Both the position numbers and the translations under genes were made by a program. 64,000 bases of DNA from the human T2T-CHM13v2.0 reference genome, Homo sapiens: NCBI RefSeq assembly GCF_009914755.1, contig NC_060947.1; one strand, 5' to 3'. Shown one piece after another: positions 13,366-29,878 of the stretch (position 1 is its first letter; every line of letters begins with the position of its first letter). The notes beneath the pieces were generated by a model. The model did no database searches. It was not told the DNA's origin and saw only the letters and a list, made by a program, of their open reading frames with translations.

Positions 13366-15506
13366 GGGGTTGAGTTCTTGATTTGATTCTTAGCTTAATT
13401 GCTGTTGGTGTACAGCAGAGCTACTGATTTGCATACATTAATTTTGTATCCTGAAACTTTGCTGAATTCATTTACCAATTCTAGGAGCTTTTTGAATGAG
13501 TATTTAGGGTTTCCTAGGTATATGACCATATCATCAGCAAGCAGTGACAGTTTGACTTCCTCTTTCCTGATTTGGATGCCACTGATTTCTTTCTCTTGTA
13601 TGATTGCTCTGGCTAGGACTTCCAGTAGTATGATAAATAAAAGTGGTGAAAGTAGGCATCTTTGTCATGTTCCAGTCCTCAGGGGGAATGCTTTCAACTT
13701 TTTCTCATTTAGTACAATGTTGGCTGCGGGTTTGTCATAGGTGGCTTTTATTACCTTAAGATGTGTCCCTTCTATGCCAATTTCACTGAGGGTTTTAATC
13801 ATAAAAGGATGCTGGATTTTGTCAAATGCTTTTTCACAGATGACTTTTGTCATAGATGGCTTTTATTACCTTAAGATATGTCCCCTGTATGCCGATTTCA
13901 CTGAAGGGTTTTAATCATAAAAGGATGCTGGATTTCGTTAAATGCTTTTTCTGTGTCTATTGAGATAATAAGGTGATTTTTGTTAATTCTGTTTATGTGG
14001 TCTATCACGTTTATTGACTTGTGTATGTTAAACCATCCCTGCATCTCTGGCATAAAACTTAGTTGATCATGGTGGATTATCTTTTGGATATGCTGTTGGA
14101 GTTTGTTAGCTAGTATTTTGTTGAGATTTTTTCATCTATGTTCATCAGGGATATTGGTCTGTAGTTTTCTTTTTTTGTTATGTCCTTCCCTGGTTTTGGT
14201 ATTAGGGTAATACTGGCTTCGTAGAATGACTTAGGGAGGATTCTCTGTTTATCTTTTGGAATAGTGTCAATAGGATAGTACCAATTCTTTGAATGTCTGA
14301 TAGAATTCAGCCATGAATCATTCTGGTCCTGGGCTTTTGTTGTTGTTGTTCTTGGCAATTTTTTTTTTACCATTTCAATCTCGCTCCTTGTTATTGGTAT
14401 GTTCAGATATTCTATATTTTCCTGGTTTAATGTAGGAGGGTTGTATCTTTCCAGAAATTTACCCATCTCCTCTGTTTTCTAGTTTATGCACATAAAGCTG
14501 TTCATAGTAGCCTTGAATAATCTTTTATATTTCTGTTATCAGTTGTAATATCTCGTTTCATTTCTATTATAATTTAGCTTATTTTGATCTTCTCTCTTCT
14601 TGGTTAATCTTGCTAATGGTCTATCAATTTTATTTATCTTTTCAAAGAAACATCTTCTGTTTCATTTATCTTTTGCAAATTTTTTGTTTCAATTTTATTT
14701 AATTCTGCTCTGATCTTCCTTTTTTCTTTTTTTCTGCTTGGTTTGGGCTTGGATTGATACTGTTTCCCAGTTCCTTGAAGTGTGACTTTAGATTGTCTAT
14801 TTGTATTCTTTCAGACTTTTGATGTAGTGCTGTGAACTTTTCTCTTAGCACATATTTTGCTGTATCCTAGAGATTTTGATAGGTTGTGTCACTATTATCA
14901 CTCAGTTCAAAGAATTTTTAAATTTCCATCATGATTTCATTGTTGACCCAATGATCACTCAGAAGCAAGTTATTTAATTTCCATGTATTTGCATGATTTT
15001 GACGGTTCTTTTGGAATTGATTTCCAATTTTATTCCACTGTGGTCTGACAGAGTACTTGATATAATTTTGACTTTCTTAAATTTACTGAGACTTGTTTTG
15101 TGGCCTATCATATGGTGTATCTTGGAGAATATTCCATGTGCTGATGAATATAATGTATATTCTGCAGTTGTTGTGTAGAATGTTCTGTAAATATCCATTA
15201 AGTCCACTTGTTCTAAGGTATAGTTTAAGTCCATTGTTTCTTTGTTGACTTTCTGTCTTGACCTGTCTAGTGCTGTCAGTGGAATATTTAATTCCTCCAC
15301 TATTATCGTGTGGCTGTCTATCTCATTTCTTATGACTAGTACTAATTGTTTTATAAATTTGGGAGCTCCAGGTAGGTGCATATATACTTAGAATTGTGAT
15401 ATTTTCCTGTTAGACTAGTTCTTTTATTATTAGATAATGTCTCTGTCTTTTTTAAACTGCTGTTACTTTAATATTTGTTTTGTCTCATATAAGATTAGCC
15501 ACCCCT

Positions 15507-15875
15507 GTCTGGGCACGGTGGCTCACACCTGTAATCCCAGCACTTGGGGAGACTGAGGCGGGTGGATCATGAGGTCAGGAGAGTTTGAGATCAGCCTGGC
15601 CAAGATGGTGAAACCCTGTCTCAAATAAAAATACAAAAATTAGCTGGGCATAGTGGTGGGTGCCTGTAATCCAAGCTACTCAGGAGGCTGAGGCAGGAGA
15701 ATTGCTTGAACCAAGGAGGTGGAGGTTGCAGTTAGCCAAGATCTAAGATCGTGCCACTGCACTCTAGCCTGAGCAACAGAGCTAGACTCCTTCTCAAAAC
15801 AAAACAAACCCCAAAAACAAAAACAACAACAGAAGAACCAAAAACAGCAACAACAACAACAACAACAAAAAAAAA
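15507..15875 (+). mobile_element. Alu (AluS-like) with a long CAA-patterned tail, inserted in L1PB
   Basis: Alu dimer, ~80-nt A/CAA tail, degenerate TSD aagattagccacccct / aaaactagctactctt. Confidence 0.93.
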
Positions 15876-17120
15876 ACTAGCTACTCTTGCTTGCTTTTGG
15901 TGTCCATTTGCATGGAATATCTTTTTCTACCCCTTTACCTAAAGTTTATATGGGTACTTATGTGTTAGGTGAGTTTTGTGAAGACAGCAGTAATTTGGAA
16001 CAGTTAGGCCATTTAAATTAAATGTTAGTATTGAGATGTGAGGTACTATTCTATTGATCGTGCTATTTGTTGCCTGATTACCTTGTGTTTTTCATCATTG
16101 TGTTATTGTTATATAGATCCTGTGAGATTTATGCTTTAAGGAGGTTCTATTTTGGTGTATTTTGAGGTTTGGTTTCAAGATTTAGAGCTCCTTTTAGCAG
16201 TTCTTGTTGTTCTGGCTTGGTAGTGATGAATTCTTTCACTATTAGTCTGAAAAAGACTATCTTTCCTTCACTTTTGAAGCTTAGTTTCACTGGATACCAA
16301 ATTTTTGGCTGATAATTGTTTTAAGGAGGCTAAAAATAGAACAGCAATACCCTCTAGCTTGTAGGGTTTCTGCTGACAACTCTTCTGTTACTCTGATTTG
16401 TTTTCCTTTATAGGTTACCTAATGCTTTTGCCTCACAGCTCTTAAGATTCTTTTCTTAGTCTTGACTTTAGATAACCTGATGGCTGTGAGCCTAGGCACT
16501 GATCCTGTTGTGATGAATTTCCCAGGTGTTTTTTGAGCTTATTGTATTTGGATGACTAGATCTCTAGCAAAGCAAGGGAAGTTTTCCTCGATTATTTCCT
16601 TGAATATGTTTTCCAGACTTTCAGATTTCTCTTCTCCCTTGGGAACACCAATTATTCTTCAGTTTGGATGTTTAAAGTAGTCCCAAACTTCCTGGATTAT
16701 GGCTGCCTCTCCTGAGTCAAACAGGTCTCCAGGGAAGTGAGGAAAAACCGACAGTCACAGGCCTCACCCTGCTCACAAGCAGCTCACGGTCCTAGAAGCC
16801 AGTCTCACTCCCACTGTGCCCTCCCAACAGCACCGAGTGTACTTCCAGGTAGCCGGTGACCAGGGCTGAGAGCTTGCCTCAGACCATGAGCCTCCCCATT
16901 GAGAAAGTAAGCCAACTCACAGTATTTTTGGCATCACAGGGAGCCTGCAACAGTGATCCAGTTCCTTGAAAGGGTCTGTGGATTGTTTTGGCTTTCCTGG
17001 CATGTTCCTGCAGTAGTTCTTGGAGCAAAAGTTTGCAGTGTGAGTCTCCACATGCTGCTCTGCCTTTCCAAGTGGGAGCTGCAAGCTAGTCCTGCCTCCT
17101 GTCTGCCATCTTAATCCGAC

Positions 17121-17985
17121 ATTCCCTCCTTCTTTTTAAAGGCTGAATGATATAAATAAATAAATATATATATAATAAAATATACATGAAAAATGTGATA
17201 TACATCACATTTTATTTATCCATTCATTTGTCAATAGAAACCTAGGTTGATTTCATATCTTGGCTATTGTGAATAGTGTGCTACAATAAACATAGGACTG
17301 CAGATATCTCTCTGAGATCAAGATTTTCCTTTTTTTTTTTTTTCGGATATATACCCAGAAATGGGGTTGCTGTATCATATGGTAGTTATGTGTTTATTTT
17401 TTGAGAAACTTTAATAATGTTTTTCGTACTGTCTGTAATAAAGTATATTTCCACAGATAGCATATAAGTTTCCCCTTTTTACCAAATCCTTGCCAACATT
17501 TGTTAACTTTGGTCTTTTTTTATAATATCCATTCTAACAAGTATGAGTTGTATCTCATTGTGCTTTTACTTTATATTTCCCTGGTGATTAGTGATGTTGA
17601 GCATTTTTTCAAATACTTGTAGGTCATTTGTCTTCTTTTGAGAAATGTTTATTCAGGTCCTTTGCCCATGTATTAATCAGGTTATTAGTTTTCTTACTAT
17701 TGAGTTGTTTGTGATATCAACCCCCTATCAGATGTATGGTTTGCACACATATTCTCCATTCTGTGGGTTGTTTCCTCACTCTGTTTATTGTTTTCTTTGC
17801 TGTTCATAAGCATTTAAGTTTGATGTAATCTCATTTGTCTATTTTTTTCTTTTGCTACCTGTATTTTGTGGGTCATATCAAGAAAAATCATTTTCTAGAA
17901 GTATGTCAAAAAGTATTTTTCTATATTTCCTTTTAGTAGTTTTACAGTTTAAAAATATTATTTTTAGGTCTTTACTTTGAATTTA
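17121..17985 (-). mobile_element. Older L1MA-like 3' fragment
   Basis: Degenerate L1 3'UTR/ORF2-end motifs (ttggctattgtgaatagt, gattagtgatgttgagcatttt). Confidence 0.7.
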
Positions 17986-18016
17986 TTTTTATTTATTTTT
18001 AATTTTTAAATTTTTA

Positions 18017-18306
<290 letters not shown>

Positions 18307-20845
18307 TAATTTTTGTGGCTACATAGTAGGTGTACATATGGGGTACATGAGATGTTTTGATACAGTCATGCAATGTGAAATAAGCACATCATGAAGAATA
18401 GTGCATCTATCCCCTTAAGCATTTATCCACTGAGTAGTAAACAATCTATCTAATTACATTCTTTATTTTCGATTGTACAGTTACATTATTACTGACTGTA
18501 GGCAACCTATGGTGCTGTCAAATAGTAGGTCTTATCCATTCTTTTTTTTTTTTTTTTTTTTTGGACACATTAAGCATTCCAACCTCTCTGACAGCCCCTC
18601 ACTACCTTTCTTAGCCTCTGGTAACTATCCTTCTACTCTCTATGTACATGAGTTTAATTGTTTTGATTTTCAAATTCCACAAATAAGTGAGAACATGTGA
18701 TGTTTGTCTTCCTGTCTTCCTGTGCCTAGCTTATTTCACTTAACACAATGATCTCCAGTTCCATCTATGTTGTTGAAAATTACTGGATCTCATTCTTTTA
18801 TGGATGAATAGAACTCCATCCTGTATATGTACCACATTGTCTTTATCTATTCATCTGTAGATGGACACTTAGGTTGCTTCCAAATCTCAGTTACTGTAAA
18901 CAGTGCTGCAACAAACATAGGAGTGTAGATATCTCTTTGATACATTAGTTTCCTTTTTTTGGGGGGTGGGGTGCAGTGGAGTATATACCCAGCAGTGGGA
19001 TTGTTGGATCATATGGTAGTTCAATTTTTAGTTTGCTGAGGAACCTCCAAACTGTTCTCCATTGTGGTTATACTAATTTGCATTCCCACCAAGAAAGTAT
19101 AAGCATTCTCTTTTCTTCACATCCTCACCAGCATTTGTTATTGCTTGTCTTTTGGATAAAAGCCATTTTAACTGGGGTGAGATGATATCTCATTGTAGTT
19201 TTGATTTACATTTCTCTGATGACCAATGATGTTGAGCACCTTTTTCTGACTGTCATTTGTATCTCTTTTTTTGAGGGATTTCAATTGAAATCTTTTGCTC
19301 ATCTTTTGATCAGATGATTAGATTTTTTTTTCTAGAGAGTACTTTGAGCTCCTTATATATTTTGGTTATTAATCCCTTGTCAGATGGATAGTTTGAAAAT
19401 ATTTTCTTCAATTATGTGGATTGTCTCTTCACTTTGTTGATTGTATCTTTTGCTGTGCAGAAACTTTTTAACTTTATTTCATTCCATTTGTCCATTTTTG
19501 CTTTGATTGCCTCTGCTTGTGGGGTGTTACTCAATAAATTTTTGCCTAGACCAAGGTCCTGGGGGATTTCCCCTAATGATTTCTTGTAGCAGTTTCATGG
19601 TTTGATGTCTTAGATCTAAGTCTTTAATTAATTTTGATTTGATATTTTTATATGGAGAGAAATATGGGTCTAGTTTTATTCTTTTACATGTGCGTATACA
19701 GTTTTTCCAGCACCAGCTATTGAAGAGACTGCACTTTCCCCAATGTATGCTCTTGGTACCTTTGTCAAAAATGAGCTCACTGTAGATGAATGTGGATTTA
19801 TATCTGGGTTGTCTATTCTAATCCACTGATCCATGTGTCTGTTTTTATACAAGCACCATGTCATTTTTGTTACAAGAGCTCTGTAGTATAATTTAAAGTC
19901 AGGCAATGTGATTCCTCCAGTTTTGTTCTTTTTGCTCTGGATAGCATGGCTATTTTGGGTCTTTTGTGATTCCATATACATTTTAAGATTGTTTTTTCTA
20001 TTTTTGTGAAGAATGCCATTGGTATTTTGATAGGAATTGCCCTGAATCTGTAGATTGCTTTGGGTAGTATGGACATTTTAACTATTGATTCTTTCAATCC
20101 ATGAATATAGAATATTTTTCCATTTTTGGTGCCCTCTTTAATTTTTTTCATCATTGTTATATAATTTTCATTATAGAGATCTTTCACTTCTTTGGTTAAG
20201 TTAATTCCTAGATATTTACTTTTATGCATCACTATTGTAAATGGGATTGCTTTTAAAATTATTTTTTCACATTGTTCACTGTTGGCATGTAGAAATGCTA
20301 CTGATTTTTTTATGTTGATTTTTGTGTCCTACAACTTGACTGAACATATCAGTTCTCATAGTTTTCCTGTGGAGTCTTTAGGTTTTCCCAAATATAAGAT
20401 TATATCGTCTGCAAACAAGGATAATTTGACATCTTTCTTTCTAATTTGAATGCCCCTTTATATCTTTCTTTTTGTCTGATTGCTATAACTAGGACTTCCA
20501 GTACTCTGTTGAATAACAGTAGTAAAAGTGGGCATCCTTGTTGTATTACAGATTTTAGAGGAAAGGCTTTTAGTATTCCCCCATTCAGTGTGATACTAGC
20601 TGTGGGTCTGTTGTAAGTAGCTTTTATTATGTTGAGGTATGCCCCCACTGTACAGTTGTTTGAGGATTTTTATCATTCATGAAGGGATGTTGCATTTTAT
20701 CGAATGTCTTTTAAGCATCAATTGAAGTGATCATATGGTTTTTATGCTTCATTCTATCAATATGATGTATCACATTGATTTATTTGTGTATGTTAAACCA
20801 TACTTGCATCCCAGGGATAAATCACACTTGGCATGATGAATAATC

Positions 20846-21853
20846 TTTTTTTTTATTATTATACTTTAAGTTCTGGGGTACATGTGTAGAACATCCAGTT
20901 TTGTTACATAGGTTTATATGTGCCATTGTGGTTTGCTGCACGCATCAACCCACCATCTACATTAAGTATTTCTCCTAATGCTATCTCTCCCCTAGCAGCC
21001 CACCCCCCCGACACGCCCCAGTGTGTGATGTTCCCCTCCCTGTGTCCATGTGTCATTATTCACCTCCCACTTATGAGTGAGAATATGTGGTGTTTGGTTT
21101 CCTGTTCTTGAGTTAGTTTGCTGAGAATGACAGTTTCCAGTTTCATCCATGTCCCTGCAAAGGACATGAACTCATCCTTTTTGATGGCTGCATAGTATTC
21201 CATGGTGTATATGAGCCAAATTTTCTTTATCCAGTTTATTATTGATTGGCATTTGGATTGGTTCCAAGTCTTTGCTATTGTGAATAGTGCTGCAATAAAC
21301 ATACGTGTGTATGTGTTTTTATAGTAGAATGATTTATAATCGTTTGGGTATATAACCAGTAATGGGATTGCTGGGTCAAATGGTATTTCTGGTTCTAGAT
21401 CCTTGAGGATTCACCACACTGTCTTCCACAATGGTTGAACTAATTTGCACCTCCATCAACAGTGTAAAAGCTTTCCTATTTCTCCACATCCTCTCCAGCA
21501 TCTATTGTTTCCTGACATTTTAATGATCGCCATTCTAACTGGTGTGTAATGGTATCCCATTGCGGTTTTGATTTGCATTTCTCTAATGACCAGTGATGAT
21601 GAGCCTTTTTTATATAGTTGTTGGCCATATAAATGTCTTCGTTTGAGAAGTGTCTGTTTATATTCTTCACCAACTTTTTGATGGGTTTGTTTGTTTCTTG
21701 TAAATTTGTTTATGTTCTTTGTAGATTCTGGATATTAGCCCTTTGTCAGATGGGGAGATTGCAAAAATGTTATCCCATTCTCTAGGTTGCCTGTTCACTC
21801 TGATAATAGTTTCTTTTGCTGTGCAGAAACTACTTAGTTTGATCAGATCACAT
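20846..21853 (-). mobile_element. 5'-truncated L1PA nested in L1MA
   Basis: PolyT followed by attatactttaagttctggggtacatgtg. ORF2 C-terminus (ORF 21060-21302). Host sequence resumes at ~21854. Confidence 0.9.
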
Positions 21854-22476
21854 TCTTTTAAAAGTATTGTTGAATTCTGTTTGCTAGTATTTTGTTGAGA
21901 ATATTTGCATCAATATTAACCTGAAATATTGGCTGTAGCTTTCTTTTTTTGATGTGTCTTTGTCTGGTTTTCATAGCAGGGTAATACTGGCCTCATAGAA
22001 TGAGTTTCGAAGTATTCCCTCCTTCTCTATTTTTTGGAATCATTTGAGTAAAATTGGTATTATTTCTTCTTTAAATGTTTGGTAGAATTAAGCAGTGAAG
22101 CCATCAGGTTTCAGGCTCTTCTTTACTGGGAGACTTTGTATGACAGCTTTGATCTTGTTACTTGTTATTGGCCTGCTCAGGTTTTGGATTTATACCTGGT
22201 TAATCTTGGTAGGTTGTATGTATCTAGGAATTTGTCTATTTCATCTAGATTTTCCAATTTATTGGCACATAGTTGCTCTTAGTAGCCACTGATGGTTATT
22301 TTAATGTCTGCTATATCAGTTGTAATGTCTCCTTTTGCATTTCTGATTTTATTTCGATCTTCTCTCTTTTTTTCATAGCTAGTCTAGCTAAAGGTTTGCT
22401 ATTTTTTAACTTTTCAAAAAAAAAAACTCTTAGTTTCAGTGATCTTCTATTTTTTCTTTGCTTTTTTTTTCTTTTT

Positions 22477-24041
<1,565 letters not shown>

Positions 24042-26112
24042 TAATTAAGATGCATTATTGGATTGTTTATTTGAAAATTTTCCATTTTCTGTGTAGGCAC
24101 CTCTAACTATAAACTTCTGTCTTACTACTGCTTTTGTTACATACTGTAGGTTTTGGTATGATGTGTTTCCATTATCATTTGTTTCAAGAAATTATTTAAT
24201 TTTCTTCTTAATTTCATTGACCTACTCATCATTCAGGGGCATATTGTTTAATTTCCATGTATTTGTATAGTTTCCAAAATTCATTTTGTTATTAATTTTT
24301 AGTTTATTCTCTTGTGGTAAGAGAAGATGCTTGATATAATTTCAGTTTTTTGAATGTTTTTATAACTTGTTTTGTCACTTAGCATATGGCTTATCCTTGA
24401 GAATAATCCATGTGCTGAGGAAAAAATGTATATTCTCTAGCCATTGGATGAAATGCTCTGTAAATATCCATTAGATACATTTGGTCTATTGTGCAGATTA
24501 AGTCTGAAATTTCACTGTTGATTTTCTGTCTGCAGGATCTGTCCAATGCTGAGAGTAGGGTGTTGACATCTCCAGCTATTATAGCACTTGAGCTTATCTG
24601 TCTCTTTAGCTCAAATAATATTTCCTTTATATATCTGGGTGCTTTAGTGTTAGGTGCATATATACTTAAAATTCTTGTATCCTTTTGCTGAATTGATCCC
24701 TTTATCATTACATTTTGACCTCCTTTGCTTCTTCTTGTAGTTTTTGTCTTGAAATCTATTTTGTCTGATATAAATATAGCAATTTTGATGCTTTTTTTTG
24801 GTTTCCATTGGCAGGGAATATTTTTTACATATTTTTATTTTCAGTTTATGTGTATTTTTCATAGATTCAGTGTGTTTATTGTAGGAAACATATCAATAGG
24901 TCTTGTTTTTTTTTTTTTCATCCATTCATCCAGTCTATGTCTTTCGACTGGAGAGTTTAATCCATTTATATTCATATTATTGATAAGTAAGGACTTACTG
25001 CTGCCATTTTGTTATTTGTTTTCTAGTCTTCTCTTCCTTCTTTCTTTTCTTTCTGTCTTAAGTTTTGTGAAGGTGATTTTATCTGGTGATATGATTAGTT
25101 TCTTGCCTTCTATATTTTTATATCTCCATTGTACATTTTTTGGATTGAGGTAACAATGAGGCTAGAAACTATTACTTTATAACCCAACATTTTAACCTGT
25201 TAACTACTTAACACTGTTTGCACAAACAAACAAAGGAAAACTAATAAAAACTCTATGCCTTAACTTTGTTCCCCCATTTTCAACTTTTTGATATTTCTGT
25301 TTATACCTTTGTGTACTGACTATGTCTTGAAAAGTTGTTGTAATTATTATTCATGATTAGTTAATTAGTCATTCTACTTAGGAAAAGTGTAGTTTTAAGG
25401 CCAGAGTTACAGTGTTGTAATATTCTGTTTTTCTGTGTACTTACTATTACCATTGAGTTTTGTACCTTAAAGTGATTACTTATTTTTCATTAATGTTATT
25501 TTCTTTCTGATCGAAGTATTCTCTTTAACATTTTTTGTAGGACAGGTCTTCTGTTGATTAAATACCTTACTTTTGTTATTCTGGTAAGACTTTATTTCTC
25601 CATGTTTGAAAGATATTTTTACTGGATATACTATTCTAGGGTAAAAGTTTTTATTTATTTTTTCCTTCAAGATTTTAAATAAGCCATTCCACTTCTCTTT
25701 TCAGTGAAAACCTTACAGACCTAATTTCCACAGAAAAGTCTGCTGCCAAATGTATTGGAGCTCCATTGTGTGTTGTTTCTTTTCTTTTGCTGCTTTTAGG
25801 ATCCCTTCTTAAATCCTTGATCTTTGAGGGTTTGATTATTAAACACCTTGAGGTAGTCTTTCTTGGGTTAAGTCGGCTTGGTGTTCTATAACCTTCTTGT
25901 ACTTGGATATTGGTATCTTTCTTTAGGTTTAGGAAGTTTTCTATTACCATTCCTTTCAATAGGCATCCTACCCTTATTTGTTTCTCTACCTCCTCTTTAA
26001 GGAAAACAACTAGGCTATTTTCTAAGTCCTTGTAGGTGTCCTTTATTGTTTTTTATTTTTTTCTGTTTTGTCTTCTCTGACTGTGTATTTCCAAATAGCA
26101 TGCCTTTAAGCT

Positions 26113-26146
<34 letters not shown>

Positions 26147-26359
26147 AGATGGAGTCTCGCTCTGTCACCAGGCTGGAGTGCAGTGGCGCAATCTCGGCTC
26201 ACTGAAACCTCTGCCTCCTGGGTTCAAGTGATTCTCCTGCCTCAGCCTCCTGAGTAGCTGGGACTACAGGTGTGCGCCACCACGCCCAGTTAATTTTTGT
26301 ATTTTTAGTAGAAATGGGGTTTCACCATGTTGGCCAAGATGGTCTCAATCTCTTGAGCT
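26113..26359 (-). mobile_element. 5'-truncated Alu
   Basis: 33-nt polyT then gagatggagtctcgctctgtc. Ends within the left monomer. Confidence 0.92.
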
Positions 26360-26373
26360 CAAAGCTCACTATA

Positions 26374-26662
26374 TTTTTTTAAGACAGGGTATGACTCTGT
26401 TGCCCAGGCTGGAGTGCAGTAGCATGATGTTGGCTCACTGTAACCTCCACCTCCAGGGCTTAAACCATTCTCTTACCTCAGCCTTCCAAGTAGCTGGGAC
26501 TACAGGCATGTGTCAACACACCCAGCTAATTTATGTATTTTTAGTAGAGATGGGTTTTCACCATGTTGCCCAGGCTGGTCTCAAACTCGTGAGTTCAAGT
26601 GATCCATCCACCTCAGCCTCCCAAAGTGCTGGGAATGCAGGCATGAGCCACTGCACTGGACC
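26374..26662 (-). mobile_element. AluJ-like element
   Basis: agacagggt...ttgcccaggctggtctcaaactc...gccactgcactgg. Diverged, with J-type diagnostics. Confidence 0.88.
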
Positions 26663-27675
26663 TTTAAAAATTTCTATTTTAGGTTTTAAGGTACATGTGA
26701 AGGTTTGTTACATAGGTAAACTTGTGTCACAGGGGTTGGTGGGGGGTTGTTACGCAGATTATTTTATCACCCAGGTATTAAACCCAGTACTTAATAGTTA
26801 TTGTTCTGTTCCTCTCTCTCCTCCCACCCTCCACCTTCAAATAGACCCCAGTTTCTGTCGTTTCCTTCTTTGTGTTCATGAGTTCTCATCATTTAGCTCC
26901 CACTTATCAGTGAGAACATGCGGTACTTGGTTTTCTGTTCCTGTGTTAGTTTCCTAAGGATAGTAGCCTCCAGCTCCATCCATGTTCCTGCAAAAGACAA
27001 AATCTCATTCTTTTTTATGGCTGCATATATTCCATGGTGTATATGTACCACATTTTCTTTATCCAGTCTACTATTGATAGGTATGTAGGTTGATTCTATG
27101 TCTTTGTTATTGTGAATAGTGTTGCAATGATCATTCACGTGCATGTCTTTATGGTAGAATGATTTATATTCCTCTGGGTATATACCCAGAAATGGGATTG
27201 CTGGGTTAAATGGTAGTTCTGCTTTTCGCTCTTTGAGGAATTGCCACACTGCTTTCCACAATGGTTGAACTAATTTACAATCCCACCAAAAGCATATAAG
27301 CATTCCTTTTTCTCCACAATCTTGCTAGCATCTGTTACGTTTCGGCTTTTTCATAATAGCCATTCTGACTGGTGTGAGATGGTAACTCACTGTGGTTTTG
27401 ATTTGTGTTTCTCTAATGATCAGTGATATTGAGATTTTTTTTTCCATATGCTTGTTGGCTGTATGTATGCTTCTTTTAAAAAGTGTCCTTGTTTTTTGCC
27501 CACTTTTTATTGGGGTTGTTTGTTTTACTTTCGTACATTGGTTTAAGCTCTTTATAGATGCTGGATATTAGACCTTCATCAGATACATAGTTTGCAAAAT
27601 TTTTCTCCCATTATGTATGTTGTCTGATTGCCCTGTTGACAATTTCTTTTGCTGTGCCGAAGTTTTTAAGTTTAA
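26663..27675 (-). mobile_element. 5'-truncated older L1PA (L1PA13-16-like)
   Basis: ggtacatgtgaaggtttgttacataggtaaac 3' end and ORF 26893-27303. The AluJ+L1 block is flanked by repeated aagctcacta (~26362 and ~27679). Confidence 0.85.
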
Positions 27676-29878
27676 TTCAAGCTCACTAATTCTTTTATTC
27701 TGCTTGATAAATTCTGCTATTAAAGGACTTCAATGCATTCAGTATACCAATTGCATTTTTCAGCTCCAACATTTTTGTTTGCTTCTTCTTTACTATTTTA
27801 ATCTCTTTGTTAAATTTATCTGATAGAATTCTGAATTCCTTCTCTGTGTTATCTTGAATTTCTTTGTGTTTCCTCAACAGAGTTGTTTTGAATTTTCTGT
27901 TTGAAAGGTCATATATCTCTGTTTTTGATTGGTCACTGGTGCTTTATATAGTTCCTTTGGTGAGATCATATTTTTCTTGCAGGCTCATTGAGGTACTGCC
28001 TTGACTGTCTTGGACAGAATCAGTGAGAATTATCTGGATTACTGACAGATTCTTGTTCTCTTCTCTTACTTCTTCCCAAATAAACAGAGTATTTATCTCT
28101 CTGTTCTGAACCATATAAACCTGGGGGTAGAGTGACATGAGCACTCTGTGGCCACCACCATTATGCTTGCTGTGGTTCAGACCTGAAGCCAGTATAGCAC
28201 TGGGTCTCACACAAGGCCTGTTTTAACCACTTCCTGGCTATGTTTGCTCAAGACCTTGGGGCTCTGCAACAAGCAGGTGGCAATGCCAGCCAAGACTGTT
28301 TCCTTTCCTTCAGGATGGAGAGGTCCCCTAGGCCCCAGGAGTGTCCAGAAATGCCATCCGGGAGTCAGGGACTACAGTCACAAACTTTAGAAGTCTACCT
28401 TATGTTCTATTGCACTGCAGCTCAGCTGACACTCAAACCATAAGATACAGTCCTTCCCATTCTTCCCTCACCTTTGCAAAGGCAGAGAAGCATCCCCCAG
28501 TAGCTACCACCATCCCAGAGCATGAGAAGTACTGCCAGACTCCTAAAGGTTCAAGGGCTATTAATTCAGCTTGTGAATGCTGCCTTGCCTGGGACTCACC
28601 ATTCACAGCAGTGGGCTCCCTTGTGGCCTAGCACATGTCCGGAATGCTGTCCAATAGCCAGGGTCTGAATTGCATACTCCAAGAGCCCACCTGATTCTCT
28701 ACTACTGTGTGTCTGAGCTGGTACCTAAGGTATAAAATAAAGTCTCCTTTACATTTCTCTCTGCTTTTCTCAAGCAGAAGGAGTTTTGCCCCATAGCCAC
28801 CACAGCTGGGAATGTGCTGAGTCTCACGTGAAACCAGCAAGTCTCAGAGTCTTACCTAAGGCTCATGGCCTACTACCTGGGTATTACTCTTTGTTATTCA
28901 GGGCTGAAAGTTTTTTTGGTCAGCAGGTGATGGGTTCTCCCAAGACTGTATCCTTCTGTCTAAGGCAGTGGGTTCCCTTCTGGCCCAGCATATTTCTAGA
29001 AATGTTGTCTAGTAGTTAGGGCCTGGAAAAGGGGCCACATGACTCTGACTGTTGCCCCAAACTACTGTGGCTGAGCTGGTGTCAAAGATGCAATATAAAG
29101 TCTTTACTCATCTCTCTTCTCTTCTAAAGTGGAGGGAAAAGGTATCTTTTGGAGCCAAAAGCTGGGGGTTTGGGGGAAGGTGGCACAAGGCCCCCTTAGC
29201 TGTTCCAGCTAGTATTTGCACATTTGAGAAAATAGCCACCTCCTTTAGTCTTTTCAGGCTGGCTATGGCAGGTAAATGACTTTTTCTGTCAGCCTGTTTA
29301 GAAATTCTGGGTGGACTGGCTGGTGGAGTGTACAGGAGGGCCTGTTGCTGGAATCCCCAGCAACAGGCCCATGTCAGTGGTGTTGGGCCTGGCACCTGGT
29401 TCCACAGCAACTGACTTCATGCCTGGGTCCACAAGCTGTGGCCTGGGTGTGAATTCTTAACCTAGTGCCTGGGGCCATGGGCACTGGCCTTATTCTAGGG
29501 TCAGCCCAGATCCTGGGTCTGCAGGGGCTAGTCTGGAGACTCGGGCTATTATAGGCTGGGCTAGCCTAGTGCTAGAGTAGGCCTGGAACTTGGAACTATG
29601 GGAGTCAGTCTAGAGGCTGGGTCTACAGAGCCTGTCCTGTTGCTGAGGTAGACCTGAAGCCTGTGGCCATGGGGAATGGCCTGGTGCTATAGTTCACAGA
29701 AGCTGGTGTGCCTGTTTCTGGGGTCCATGGTAAAGTTGAGTGTCCACTTTACTCCTCTTCTCTCACAGGGAGGGTGTCTCCGCAGTGTGCTGTATGGGCT
29801 TGGGGGAAGGGAGAAGTGGGTAGTGTGAAACTGTCCTTTCTACATTATTCTACATTATTCCAATACCCTTTTTTATTT

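Larger units (their letters stand above)
5825..17120 (-). mobile_element. Near full-length L1PB-like LINE-1 interrupted by nested insertions (segments 5825-6879, 13366-15506, 15876-17120)
   Basis: ORF2 sequence resumes after the nested element at the duplicated gggc/gttgagttctt. RT and EN fragments in ORFs 13665-15381, ORF1-like sequence ~16200-16690, 5' end gccatcttaatcc at ~17115. Confidence 0.8.

Noticed and set aside
26391-26957. 188-aa ORF
   Set aside because: Chance read-through of an antisense AluJ into an L1 3'UTR.
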